From positions 736,001-800,000 of the forward strand of contig OZ255836.1 in assembly GCA_965277715.1 (NCBI GenBank): a DNA stretch of 64,000 nucleotides, written 5' to 3'. The stretch is from Gammaproteobacteria bacterium. Its GTDB lineage: Bacteria; Pseudomonadota; Gammaproteobacteria; JBCCGL01. Of the stretch, positions 45,456 to 54,578 are shown one piece after another (the stretch's first letter is position 1; each line of letters starts with the position of its first letter). The translations under genes were made by a program, and so were the position numbers. The notes under the pieces are model-generated. The model had not been told where the DNA came from. It searched no databases and worked only from the letters and a program-made list of their open reading frames with translations.

Positions 45456-45642
45456 AATACTTGGAGGAAATAGCCATTGTCTTGGAGTAAAAGCCAATTT
45501 AAAAAATTCTTATAACCGTGCTAATAAATGCGCGTAGATTTTTGCTTAGCCTGGGTACATTACACACTATGGCTGTCTCTCATTTTCAAAATACTGTTGA
45601 TGAGGGTCAGGAATTTACTCTGAGCCTAACCAATTGGAATTT

Positions 45643-46248
45643 TTAATCATTAAGCAACCGAATTTCAGCCGTTTCTAAATGTGGCAGATCCCGATGGCAG
45701 TTAGCGGGTATCTGAAAAAATGCCGTTTGAAGAATTTGCAGGATATCGCCGTGGGCGATTAACAGGCAGTTAATTCCGCAAAAACGATTCTCTAAATTTA
45801 AAATGACATCGACTGCCCGTTTGATGACAAAAGCCACTGTTTCAACATCGTCGGGAAGAGCTAGGCCACTTTTATCGGCGGCCCACACTTCGGCATAGCG
45901 ATGATCGGGGCCGAGTTCCAGTATGCCAAAATTGCGCTCGCGAAGTTGTCGGTTTATCTCAAAATAATGGGTGCATCCGAGCATTTGGTGGGCTAATTTA
46001 GCCGTTTCGCGGGCGCGTTTAAAATCTGAGCAGATAATGCGCGTCGAAGTGTCCAGTGTGCATAAAGCCAATGACGATTTTACCTGTTGCCGACCTGTTT
46101 CATTAAGTCCATAACCGTTAACACCGTAAGCGGGTTGGCTAACAATCAAACCTTCGCTATTAGCCATGCTTTGGCCGTGACGCATTGCGTAGTAACTATT
46201 TTTAAGCTTGGGTAAATAATTTATTGTTTGGTTTGCGTTATCTATCAT
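45643..46248 (-). CDS. Histidine phosphatase (phosphoglycerate mutase) family protein
   Basis: RHGQS, SDF.RA.ETA, LRERNFG, AHGD; ATG 46248 preferred, start uncertain. Confidence 0.88.
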   Translation of the reverse strand: MIDNANQTINYLPKLKNSYYAMRHGQSMANSEGLIVSQPAYGVNGYGLNETGRQQVKSSLALCTLDTSTRIICSDFKRARETAKLAHQMLGCTHYFEINRQLRERNFGILELGPDHRYAEVWAADKSGLALPDDVETVAFVIKRAVDVILNLENRFCGINCLLIAHGDILQILQTAFFQIPANCHRDLPHLETAEIRLLND

Positions 46249-46306
46249 GCGGGTGATTCGCTGTACGATTACATTAGGTGTTTGCAATGGGTGCTGATTA
46301 ATTTAG

Positions 46307-46349
46307 AAAACAGGGCGCCGCTAAACACAACTGTTTTAGCGGCGCCCTG
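46307..46349 (-). terminator. Intrinsic terminator downstream of TRAP dctP
   Basis: 15-bp perfect stem CAGGGCGCCGCTAAA/TTTAGCGGCGCCCTG followed by TTTT on the minus strand. Confidence 0.85.
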
Positions 46350-46408
46350 AGAGTAGCGCCCTGGAGAGTGACCCCGCAGCGTGAATATATGCGCGGGATC
46401 ATGCTCGT

Positions 46409-47494
46409 TTACGAATAACGATACGGGACGCCCGCTTTTTCCATCACGGCAGAGTAGTCTTTAAATGCTTTGACCACCTTTGCAGCACGCGGGCTGATAC
46501 TGGCCAGTTCGTTCCAGAATTCTGCTGAGTCAGCAACCACCGTATCCCATTCGTTGGCTGGAATCGTGGTGAGCTCCATCTTCTTGCCATTGACGCGAAG
46601 GTCTGCTTCACCCCCCCAATACCATACTTGGCGGTAGTAGTGTGAGGCGTCCATCGACATCTTGAACAGTTCCTGCAACTTAGGCGATATGCCCGCCCAA
46701 CTCTTGGAGTTGGCAAAATAGGAACCACACCAGGCGCCGGTGATATTGTTGAGTAGCGCGTAGTTGCAGGCATCAGCCCAGCCCACTTCGTAGGCTTCGG
46801 TGAAGCCACACCAGGCGACACCATCAAGCTCACCCGTCTGTAAAGCCACTTCAATATCATCCCACGGCAGGGTGACAGGAATCAGGCCATAGCGGGATAA
46901 GAATCTACCGGCGGTCGGCACACCAAATACCCGTTTGCCTTTCATATCGGCAAGGCTTCTGATGGGGTCTTTGGTGAAGATATGGCACGGGTCCCAGGCA
47001 CCGGCACCCAGCCACTCGACGCCTTTGACTTCATCGTAAGCTTCCTGCCAGATTTCATTCAGACCGTAGTACTTAAAAAGCACCGGAAGATCGAGGCTGT
47101 AGCGGGTTGAGAAGGGAAAGTAACCGCCAAAGACGTTAATGTCGACCGGCGAGGCCATTGTCGCATCATCGCTTTGCACGGCGTCGATAGTACCGTTTTG
47201 TACGGCGCGGAACAGCTCGTCTGTTGGTACTAGCTGGTCTGCATAGTACAGTTCAATTTCCATTTCGCCGTGGGCTGCACGGTTAAAGGATTCAATTTGC
47301 GGCAAAATAACATGCGCGCCCAGAGGTGCTCCCGAATAGGTTTGTAAACGCCATTTGATCGGGTTGGTGGCGGAGTAGACATAGGGGGCGCTGGATGCGG
47401 TGATTGCACCCGCTGTCGCGATGCCGGCTTTCTTAAGAAAATCACGTCGGTTGCTTGTCTCGGGGACAGTGGTTTTTGGCGTCTTGTCGTTCAC
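46409..47494 (-). CDS. dctP: TRAP transporter substrate-binding protein with Tat signal (TakP-like DctP)
   Basis: NRRDFLK twin-arginine signal, WRLQT, ALQTGELD. Confidence 0.9.
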   Translation of the reverse strand: MNDKTPKTTVPETSNRRDFLKKAGIATAGAITASSAPYVYSATNPIKWRLQTYSGAPLGAHVILPQIESFNRAAHGEMEIELYYADQLVPTDELFRAVQNGTIDAVQSDDATMASPVDINVFGGYFPFSTRYSLDLPVLFKYYGLNEIWQEAYDEVKGVEWLGAGAWDPCHIFTKDPIRSLADMKGKRVFGVPTAGRFLSRYGLIPVTLPWDDIEVALQTGELDGVAWCGFTEAYEVGWADACNYALLNNITGAWCGSYFANSKSWAGISPKLQELFKMSMDASHYYRQVWYWGGEADLRVNGKKMELTTIPANEWDTVVADSAEFWNELASISPRAAKVVKAFKDYSAVMEKAGVPYRYS

Positions 47495-47565
47495 ATTTAT
47501 TCCTCGCTTTGGTTTTGGCAGTGTGCCACTTTAGGAAAATGCGTTCCCACTACTCAGCAGCCGGA

Positions 47566-48888
47566 TTAGCGGCTGTATACGTATTCAGGCAGCCATAGGG
47601 CTATCTGCGGGAAGCGCATTACAACGATCAACCCAAAACTCATTACCAATACAAACGGTATGATGGATCGATAGATGTCTGGCAGGGTTATTTCCCTGGG
47701 GGCCATCGCACGCATAAGGAATAGGTTGTATCCGAATGGTGGGGTCATATAGGCAATCTGGCAGGTGATTGTGTAAAGCACACCATACCAGATAGGGTTG
47801 AAACCCAAGGCGATAACAAGGGGTACGTAAAGCGGCGCAACGATAACCAGCATGGCGGTATCGTCCAGGAACATACCCATAACAAGGTAGGAGAGCTGCA
47901 TCATTATCAGTACTTCCCAGGGCGTCAGGTTCCACTGTGTTATAAACAGGGTTTCGATTGCTTTGACGGCGCCGATACCATCAAATACTGCACCAAAACA
48001 CAAAGCGGCCAAAATAATCCACAGAAACATGCAGGACACACCTAAGGTCTTGTGCAAGGTATCTTCCAACACTTTTTTGGTTAAAGCGCGTTTGTAAAGT
48101 GCCGCGAAAACGGCACAGGTGGCGCCCACCGCTGAGCTTTCCACCAGGCTGGTGATCCCCATGACGAAAAGCCCGGTCATAAAAAAGAAAATAAGGAAGG
48201 GAATAATACCCGCCCGGAGCAATTTTAATTTCTCGGCCATTGGAATATCCCGTTCCTCTTTGGCGATGGTGGGGCCGAGATGTGGCTGTAGGCGACAGCG
48301 GATGTAAATATATAAAATAAACAGCGAGGCCATCATCAAACCGGGAATAGCGCCCGCCAGCCACAGTTTGCCAACCGGTTGGCGGGCGATCATGCCATAC
48401 AGCACCAGCACGACACTCGGGGGCACCAATATCCCCAGCGAGCTGCCCGCCTGAATTACCCCTGTGATCATTATTTTGTCATACCCCCTGCGCAACATTT
48501 CCGGCAGGGCGATACTGGCGCCGATGGCCATACCCGCGACGCTCAAGCCGTTCATCGCCGAGACAACCACCATCAGGCCTATTGTGCCAATGGCGAGGCC
48601 ACCTTTGATATTGCCAAACCAGACGTGAAACATTTTGTAAAGGTCGTTGGCAATGCCGGATTCTGATAATAGGTAACCCATGAAAACAAACAGTGGCAGT
48701 GTGAGTAATGGATACCAGTTAAACAGTTTAAAAGCTGCATTAAAGGGCATTTCAACGCCACCATCGCCCCATAACAGCAGGGCTGCAACGCTGGATACCA
48801 CACCGATAGCGCCAAACACCCGCTGCCCTGAAAGCATCATCAGGAGCATGGAGGTCACCATCAATATGGCGATGAGTTCATAACTCAT
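47566..48888 (-). CDS. dctM: TRAP transporter large permease
   Basis: LPEM.RRGYD, LGILVPPS, TPPFGYNLF. Confidence 0.93.
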   Translation of the reverse strand: MSYELIAILMVTSMLLMMLSGQRVFGAIGVVSSVAALLLWGDGGVEMPFNAAFKLFNWYPLLTLPLFVFMGYLLSESGIANDLYKMFHVWFGNIKGGLAIGTIGLMVVVSAMNGLSVAGMAIGASIALPEMLRRGYDKIMITGVIQAGSSLGILVPPSVVLVLYGMIARQPVGKLWLAGAIPGLMMASLFILYIYIRCRLQPHLGPTIAKEERDIPMAEKLKLLRAGIIPFLIFFFMTGLFVMGITSLVESSAVGATCAVFAALYKRALTKKVLEDTLHKTLGVSCMFLWIILAALCFGAVFDGIGAVKAIETLFITQWNLTPWEVLIMMQLSYLVMGMFLDDTAMLVIVAPLYVPLVIALGFNPIWYGVLYTITCQIAYMTPPFGYNLFLMRAMAPREITLPDIYRSIIPFVLVMSFGLIVVMRFPQIALWLPEYVYSR

Positions 48889-49397
48889 GAAATGCGTTCT
48901 CCTTTAACTTTTGCATAATCTTTGAAGAACAGGGAGGCGGTTTGTAAAATCATCAGGATAATGCCAAACACCATAATGACTTTTATCGGCACCATTGACG
49001 GGTTCCATTGGGAGAATTTCCGCTGCCCGTATTCAATGGCGTACATTGTGCTGGAAAGGGAGCCAATAAACAGGCAGACCAGGTAAGTCATAAGAAAGAA
49101 ACTGGTCACCATATCGAGAATTGCTTTGGTGCGTTCCGAGCAGCGGTCATAAATCAAATCCATGCGCACATGGTCATCGCATTTCATGGAATAGGCCCCG
49201 CCCAGAAAGTAGTAGGCCGTCATAGTGAACTGTGCCATTTCCACACACCAGGAGAGGGGGTAGTTGATAACATTGCGGGTGATTGAGCTGAGCAGGAGTG
49301 TGGCAATCATGATTAGCACCATATACATGGATAGCCTGCCGAACTTATCGGTGACGAAATCGACGTATTTGACATAGGCGATGATTATTTTAGGCAT
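48885..49397 (-). CDS. dctQ: TRAP transporter small permease
   Basis: 4 TM helices, HVRMD. Confidence 0.9.
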   Translation of the reverse strand: MPKIIIAYVKYVDFVTDKFGRLSMYMVLIMIATLLLSSITRNVINYPLSWCVEMAQFTMTAYYFLGGAYSMKCDDHVRMDLIYDRCSERTKAILDMVTSFFLMTYLVCLFIGSLSSTMYAIEYGQRKFSQWNPSMVPIKVIMVFGIILMILQTASLFFKDYAKVKGERIS

Positions 49398-49464
49398 AGT
49401 GTTTAGAGTATCCGAGCCGTTTTTTTATTACTTTACGCCTAACTCCGCGATTTTTCTACAGCGT

Positions 49465-49520
49465 AGTGGTGCTGCAAAAGCCCTTCTCCCAGTTCGGGAG
49501 AGGGACTTTTCCGACACCCT
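49465..49520. repeat. Palindromic hairpin element, copy 1
   Basis: AGTGGTGCTGCAAAAGCCCTTCTCCC-AGTTC-GGGAGAGGGACTTTTCCGACACCCT. The right arm read on the minus strand is AGGGTGTCGGAAAAG, shared with copies at 58536 and 63464. Confidence 0.6.
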
Positions 49521-49633
49521 TCGATAGGAGAAAGGGTCTGAAGCCCAATGGTACGAAAAGTTACTCTAAGAACCCTCTCTCTATAGACCTCTATCTAAGG
49601 CATCCTGATTCAGAGGACTCAATTCCCCCAAGA

Positions 49634-50446
49634 CTATAGTTCTATAAATCGATTCAGTATAGATTCTATGGCCTCTACCAACGCTTCACATTTTTTGCTA
49701 TTGACACTATCAGGATGCGGCGGTGAAAAGTCACCAAGGTCATTATCAAAGTACTGACCTGTAGCTGTGGAAAATTCATCACCTAGACTTGCACGAATCA
49801 AAATATCAACTCCAATGCCAAGATCTTTACCTTCTACACCAAAGCCTTCTTTGACCATCTTACTTGCGAGCATTGAGCCCGGATTAACAGCAATAATTGC
49901 TGGGCTATTACTTTCGAGTGAAAAGGCTAAATGACGAGACCACATGGTAATTGCCAATTTGCTTTGCGCATAAGCGCTAAACTGATCTTCTATATGATGC
50001 TCTCCTCGCATGGTATCAATATCTACAGGTGCTTGTGCTGCCGAGGATAAATTCACAATACGTCCCGTTTCGTTCATTAAAGGCAGTAAGCGTTTAGTGA
50101 GCAAGTACGGGGTAAGGGCATTTACGACGAAGCGAACATCTAATCCATCGTCAGTGATGGGGGCCTGGGTCTTATAAATACCGGCATTATTCACGATGAC
50201 ATCAATATATGAATGTTTGTCGCTGATAGCTTTGGCTAATGCATCGACGTCAACGAAGCTTGATAAGTCTGCTCGGTAGCTTTCAACCGTACCTGTTCCT
50301 AACGCGGTTAATTTATCCTCAACGGCTTTTAGCTTCTCGGCATTTCGGCCATGGATCAATAGGTGATGACCCTGTGCAGCCAGCTTCTTGACAGTAGCTA
50401 AACCGATGCCATCGGTGGCACCGGTGAATAGAATAGTTTTTGTCAT
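49634..50446 (-). CDS. SDR-family NAD(P)-dependent oxidoreductase
   Basis: TGATDGIG, NNAG, NLSS, YAQSK; ATG 50446 with AGGAGG RBS. Confidence 0.92.
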   Translation of the reverse strand: MTKTILFTGATDGIGLATVKKLAAQGHHLLIHGRNAEKLKAVEDKLTALGTGTVESYRADLSSFVDVDALAKAISDKHSYIDVIVNNAGIYKTQAPITDDGLDVRFVVNALTPYLLTKRLLPLMNETGRIVNLSSAAQAPVDIDTMRGEHHIEDQFSAYAQSKLAITMWSRHLAFSLESNSPAIIAVNPGSMLASKMVKEGFGVEGKDLGIGVDILIRASLGDEFSTATGQYFDNDLGDFSPPHPDSVNSKKCEALVEAIESILNRFIEL

Positions 50447-50464
50447 AGTAAACACCTCCTGATT

Positions 50465-51451
50465 TTATATTGTGACGACTACTTTCCCCATACCTTGGCC
50501 GCTCTCGGCATAGCGATGGGCTGCTGCGATCTCAGTCAGCGTAAACTGCTGCTCGGTCATAATAGGCTTGAGTCCACCGGACTCAACAATGTTTGCAATT
50601 TCGCTTAGTATATTGCTATGTGCTTCCCTGCCTTGGTTATGCAACATAGGAATCAACATAAACACTACGTGTAAAGATAAGCCTTTAATATGTGCGAGAG
50701 TTAAATCTAGCTCAACCATGGAAACGGTCGTGGCGATATCACCATTGAGTGCTGCGGCTTCCATAGAATTTAATAAATTCGACTCTCCTACGGTGTCATA
50801 AATAACATCGAAGCCTTTTCCATCTGTATATTTAGCGACATAGTCAGCAACTGTTTCAGTTTTGTAGTTAATGGCTGTTGCACCTAGCGCTTCAATCAAT
50901 GCCAGTTGCTTCTCTCCACCTCCGGTTGCATAAACATCGGCTCCAAGATGTTTGGCTAACTGCACTGCAATATGACCAACACCTCCGGAGCCTCCATGTA
51001 TGAGTACCTTATGGCTTTTTTTCACATTGGCGCGACTCAAGCCTTCATAGGCCGTTATCGCAACTAACGGTAATGCGGCAGCTTCAGCCATGCTTAGATT
51101 ATTAGGCTTATGGGCTATTAATCGTGTATCGGCCAGCATATATTCAGCCAGGCTACCGGCTAGATCACCGAGACCACCAGCACAGCCATACACTTCGTCA
51201 CCCACTAGGTAACCTGTGACACCCTCGCCAATGGCTTCAATCGTACCGGAAAAGTCCATACCGAGTACAGCAGGTAACGCAGGGGCAAAAGGCAGGCTTT
51301 CACCCGATTCACGAATCTTGTAGTCCACTGGGTTGATGCTGCTTGCTGCCACTTTTATTAACACATGCCCAGTTTTGAGCTTAGGCTTTTCGATATCAGC
51401 CGCTTCAAAAACATCGCTGCTGCCAAAATTGTTGATGATCATTGCTTTCAT
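50465..51451 (-). CDS. MDR-family NADPH:quinone oxidoreductase-like protein (lacks the Zn-ligand cysteines)
   Basis: SINPVD, LGMDFSG, HGGSGGVG, GKVV; ATG 51451. Confidence 0.9.
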   Translation of the reverse strand: MKAMIINNFGSSDVFEAADIEKPKLKTGHVLIKVAASSINPVDYKIRESGESLPFAPALPAVLGMDFSGTIEAIGEGVTGYLVGDEVYGCAGGLGDLAGSLAEYMLADTRLIAHKPNNLSMAEAAALPLVAITAYEGLSRANVKKSHKVLIHGGSGGVGHIAVQLAKHLGADVYATGGGEKQLALIEALGATAINYKTETVADYVAKYTDGKGFDVIYDTVGESNLLNSMEAAALNGDIATTVSMVELDLTLAHIKGLSLHVVFMLIPMLHNQGREAHSNILSEIANIVESGGLKPIMTEQQFTLTEIAAAHRYAESGQGMGKVVVTI

Positions 51452-51576
51452 TGTGTATCTCTCAGGCGGTATTGGTAATAACTGCACTTAGTATATTGAT
51501 ATTGATTTAATTTATAATATGCTTAGATATATAATAACTTTATAGTTTTTATTGATAATAATGATAAGCTATCCCC

Positions 51577-52476
51577 ATGAACATTGAGCACCTACGGCTA
51601 TTTGTTCGTATAGCGAATACCCATAACATTAGCCAGGCTGGGCATGAACAGGGGTTGTCACCTGCTGTCGCCAGTAGCTATATCAACAAATTAGAAAAGG
51701 GATTGGGTATACGTTTGATGCATCGCACCACCCGTAAAGTATCATTAACCGAAGATGGTGAAACCTTTCTACCCCACGCTGAAGATGTTTTAGCCAGTAT
51801 TGAATCAGCACATACCTCGGTAGGTGCCGGTAATAATTCGCCAACGGGGACTTTGCGCATTACTGCACCCGTATCGTTTGGTCGCATGCATCTCATGCCT
51901 GCCATGAAGGCTTTTATGCTGGCCTATCCGAACTTGAACATAGACTGCCGCTTCTCCGACAGCATTGTTGACCTGGTCGAGGGTGGTTTTGATATTGCCA
52001 TTCGCAACGCCCAGTTAAAAAGCTCCAGCCTGATTGCCAGAAAACTAGCACCAGACCATCGACTGGTTTGTGCCTCACCTGACTACATTGCACAATTTGG
52101 TGAACCGCAAACACCACAAGAGCTGCAACTGCACCAATGTATAATCTTGTCAGGCATGGACAATTGGCAATTTTCATCGCTCGATGAAACTATCTCCGTA
52201 AAAGTGAAAGGTAAATTTAAAGCTGATAATGGTGAGGCCATTCGAGACGCCTGTATTCAAGGTTTGGGCATTACCATTAATTCCAGCTGGAGTGCTTATG
52301 AATACCTACAACGTGGTGAATTAATACCAATACTAAAAGATTATCCGTTGTTATCTGATACAGCGATTTGGGTTGTGTACCCAAGCTCACGGCAGTTAGC
52401 GTCAAAGGTTCGAGCGTTTATAGATTTTTTTGCTACGGCCTATGGTCAAAAGCCATATTGGTCCTTTTTAGAGTAA
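51577..52476 (+). CDS. LysR-type regulator (CrgA/DmlR-like), divergent from the oxidoreductases
   Basis: N-terminal HTH, RTTRKVSLTEDG, DLVEGGFDIAIR, KVRAFIDF; the stop codon lies inside IRR. Confidence 0.93.
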   Translation: MNIEHLRLFVRIANTHNISQAGHEQGLSPAVASSYINKLEKGLGIRLMHRTTRKVSLTEDGETFLPHAEDVLASIESAHTSVGAGNNSPTGTLRITAPVSFGRMHLMPAMKAFMLAYPNLNIDCRFSDSIVDLVEGGFDIAIRNAQLKSSSLIARKLAPDHRLVCASPDYIAQFGEPQTPQELQLHQCIILSGMDNWQFSSLDETISVKVKGKFKADNGEAIRDACIQGLGITINSSWSAYEYLQRGELIPILKDYPLLSDTAIWVVYPSSRQLASKVRAFIDFFATAYGQKPYWSFLE

Positions 52477-52851
52477 CTTTTCATTCCATTGGGTTTCAGA
52501 CCCCGGGAACTACTGGACCTCCGCTTACAATACGTGCAAATGTAGGGCACACCTCAGCTGATCGGTACTGTCGTCACCGTTAAATCCGGCGGTCGCTGAT
52601 CCATATCCACGTTGAACTGCTCGGACGACCGAAGGAGGCACTAGGTCGCGCTAAGCTGGAGGGGCGCGAACCAATTATTGCACTTTATTCAAACACGGCA
52701 TATCGATTCGGCATAGACGGTGATGTTGACCGGCTATATCAACGCCAGCATAACTAAAGAGTGTTTCAATCAGCAGGAGACCAACGAATATTCTTTACCT
52801 AAGCACATCTAAATTACCTTTGATTTCATGCGCTGTTTTGGCAATTTCACC

Positions 52852-54366
52852 TTAGCCAATGAATGCAGATTTGTATTGATCCCTCAGAATGTTCTTTTGA
52901 ACTTTCCCCATTGTGTTTCGCGGAAGTGCTTCGAGTGTTACTAATTTTCTAGGGTGTTTGAATCGTGCAAGTGAATGCTTAACCGCATTCATTATCCCCT
53001 CGTGGTCGACTACACTTCCTTTTTTGGGCACTACAATGCCGATAACTGTTTCACCAAAATCTGGATGCGGGACTCCAATAACAGCACTCTCCATAACCCC
53101 GGGTTGTTCATCTAAAACCAGTTCGATTTCTTTTGGATAAATGTTATAACCTCCTGAAATGATTAGGTCTTTATCTCGGCCCACGATATGCAAGTAGCCA
53201 TCCGTGTCAAATTTACCCAGGTCGCCTGTAATAAAGAATCCATCTTCGCGGAGCTCAGCAGCCGTTTTTTCGGGCATTTGCCAATAACCTTTGAACACAT
53301 TCGGTCCACGCACTTCTATTTGACCTACCTCACCATCTGCAAGACGTTTACCACTAGCTGGCTCAACAATTCTTACGTCCACATTTGCAAGTGGAAACCC
53401 AACCGTGCCAGCGCGGCGCTCACCATTGTAGGGATTTGATGTATTCATATTTGTTTCTGTCATCCCATAGCGTTCAAGTATCTTATGTCCGGTTCGCTCT
53501 TCAAATTTCATGTGAGTTTCCGCTAACAATGGTGCCGACCCTGACACAAACAGCCTCATATGTTGGGTGAGATCTTTATCAAGTCGATCATCATCGAGCA
53601 ACCGAATATAAAATGTAGGCACGCCCATCATGACGGTCGACCGAGGTATGTTGTCTACAAACAAATCTACGTCAAATTTGGGCATAAAGATGATACTGCT
53701 GCCTGCAACCAAAGATACGTTTATGGCAACGAAAAGACCATGTGTATGGAATATAGGTAATGCGTGAATCAGTACGTCCTTGTCACCGAAATTCCACTCC
53801 TGAGCGAGCGTTTCGCTATTCGACAGTAAATTGTCCTGTGTTAGCATCGCACCCTTAGATCGACCCGTTGTACCAGAGGTATAGAGTAAAGCGGCGAGAT
53901 CATCGCCATCTCGGTCAGCTGTATCGAAAGTGTTAGACATGGTGTTGGCCCGCTCCATCAGGGTGCCTCCTCCATCTGCACCCAACGTTTCCAATTTAGC
54001 TCCAAGCTCACTTGAAAGAGCGCTTAATCCTTGCGAACGACTGGGATCGCAAATAATCAATGAAGCGCCACTATTCTCGATAAAATAGTGCAATTCATTG
54101 CTTGTATAAGCGATATTGAGGGGGAGAAGTACAAGGCCCGCCTGAGCACATGCGGCATATACGGCAAGCGCCTGGTGTGACTTCTCAACTTGTGTTGCTA
54201 CGCGATCACCGGGTTTCAGCCCGAGTTGGTTTGTTACATTCGCGATTTGCGCCGCGATCTCTAAAAATTCTTGGTGACCTAATGTGGTGCCATCCGGCAA
54301 ATGTAAAAAAGGCGATGTCTTTCCTTTGTGAACACCGAACAACTGGTCATATAGTGGATTTGCCAC
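52852..54366 (-). CDS. matB: Malonyl-CoA synthetase
   Basis: YTSGTTGRSKG, LPIFHTHGLFVA, ERYGMTET, LPRNTMGKVQK; GTG start MANPLYD with GGAAGG RBS; TRAP and GntR context. Confidence 0.9.
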   Translation of the reverse strand: MANPLYDQLFGVHKGKTSPFLHLPDGTTLGHQEFLEIAAQIANVTNQLGLKPGDRVATQVEKSHQALAVYAACAQAGLVLLPLNIAYTSNELHYFIENSGASLIICDPSRSQGLSALSSELGAKLETLGADGGGTLMERANTMSNTFDTADRDGDDLAALLYTSGTTGRSKGAMLTQDNLLSNSETLAQEWNFGDKDVLIHALPIFHTHGLFVAINVSLVAGSSIIFMPKFDVDLFVDNIPRSTVMMGVPTFYIRLLDDDRLDKDLTQHMRLFVSGSAPLLAETHMKFEERTGHKILERYGMTETNMNTSNPYNGERRAGTVGFPLANVDVRIVEPASGKRLADGEVGQIEVRGPNVFKGYWQMPEKTAAELREDGFFITGDLGKFDTDGYLHIVGRDKDLIISGGYNIYPKEIELVLDEQPGVMESAVIGVPHPDFGETVIGIVVPKKGSVVDHEGIMNAVKHSLARFKHPRKLVTLEALPRNTMGKVQKNILRDQYKSAFIG

Positions 54367-54389
54367 GATGAATATCCTTCCTACATTCA

Positions 54390-54578
54390 TTAAAAAGAAG
54401 CGGAACCCGCCAGGGCTTGAATATCAGCCGCCGCAAAGCCAGTCCTGCGATTTCTCCGTCAGAACCAACCAAAATCATAAGCCAACTCTTTTAAAGGTCT
54501 ATGGCAATGCCCCTGAGGCCTGAGCCGACGATGTGTCCGTTCAAAGAGAGTGGATAAAAAATCGGCTAACAAACTCAC
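54390..54578 (-). pseudogene. matA: Internally deleted, frameshifted malonyl-CoA decarboxylase remnant
   Basis: GTG overlapping the dctM stop reads MSLLADFLSTLFERTHRR...RPLKELAYD, then a frameshift to LVGSDGEIAGLAL, joined to AAADIQALAGSASF*. It occupies the matA slot between matM and matB. The resemblance to alphaproteobacterial MatA termini is from recall, not a search. Confidence 0.7.

Larger units (their letters stand above)
49533..52504. mobile_element. Non-autonomous Tn3-family-derived cassette (no tnpA/tnpR) carrying SDR, quinone oxidoreductase and LysR
   Basis: IRL 49533-49570 AGGGTCTGAAGCCCAATGGTACGAAAAGTTACTCTAAG. IRR 52467-52504 (revcomp) GGGGTCTGAAACCCAATGGAATGAAAAGTTACTCTAAA. 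The two are 33/38 identical. Flanks are GAGAA (49528-49532) and GGGAA (52505-52509), a 4/5 match to a 5-bp TSD. Confidence 0.82.

Noticed and set aside
52524-52551. The 28-bp repeat as a XerCD dif/pdif site or a Tn3 IR
   Set aside because: It has no XerD arm (TTATGTTAAAT-like). Read towards its TAAG end it lacks a GGGG start, and that reading would point away from the cargo.
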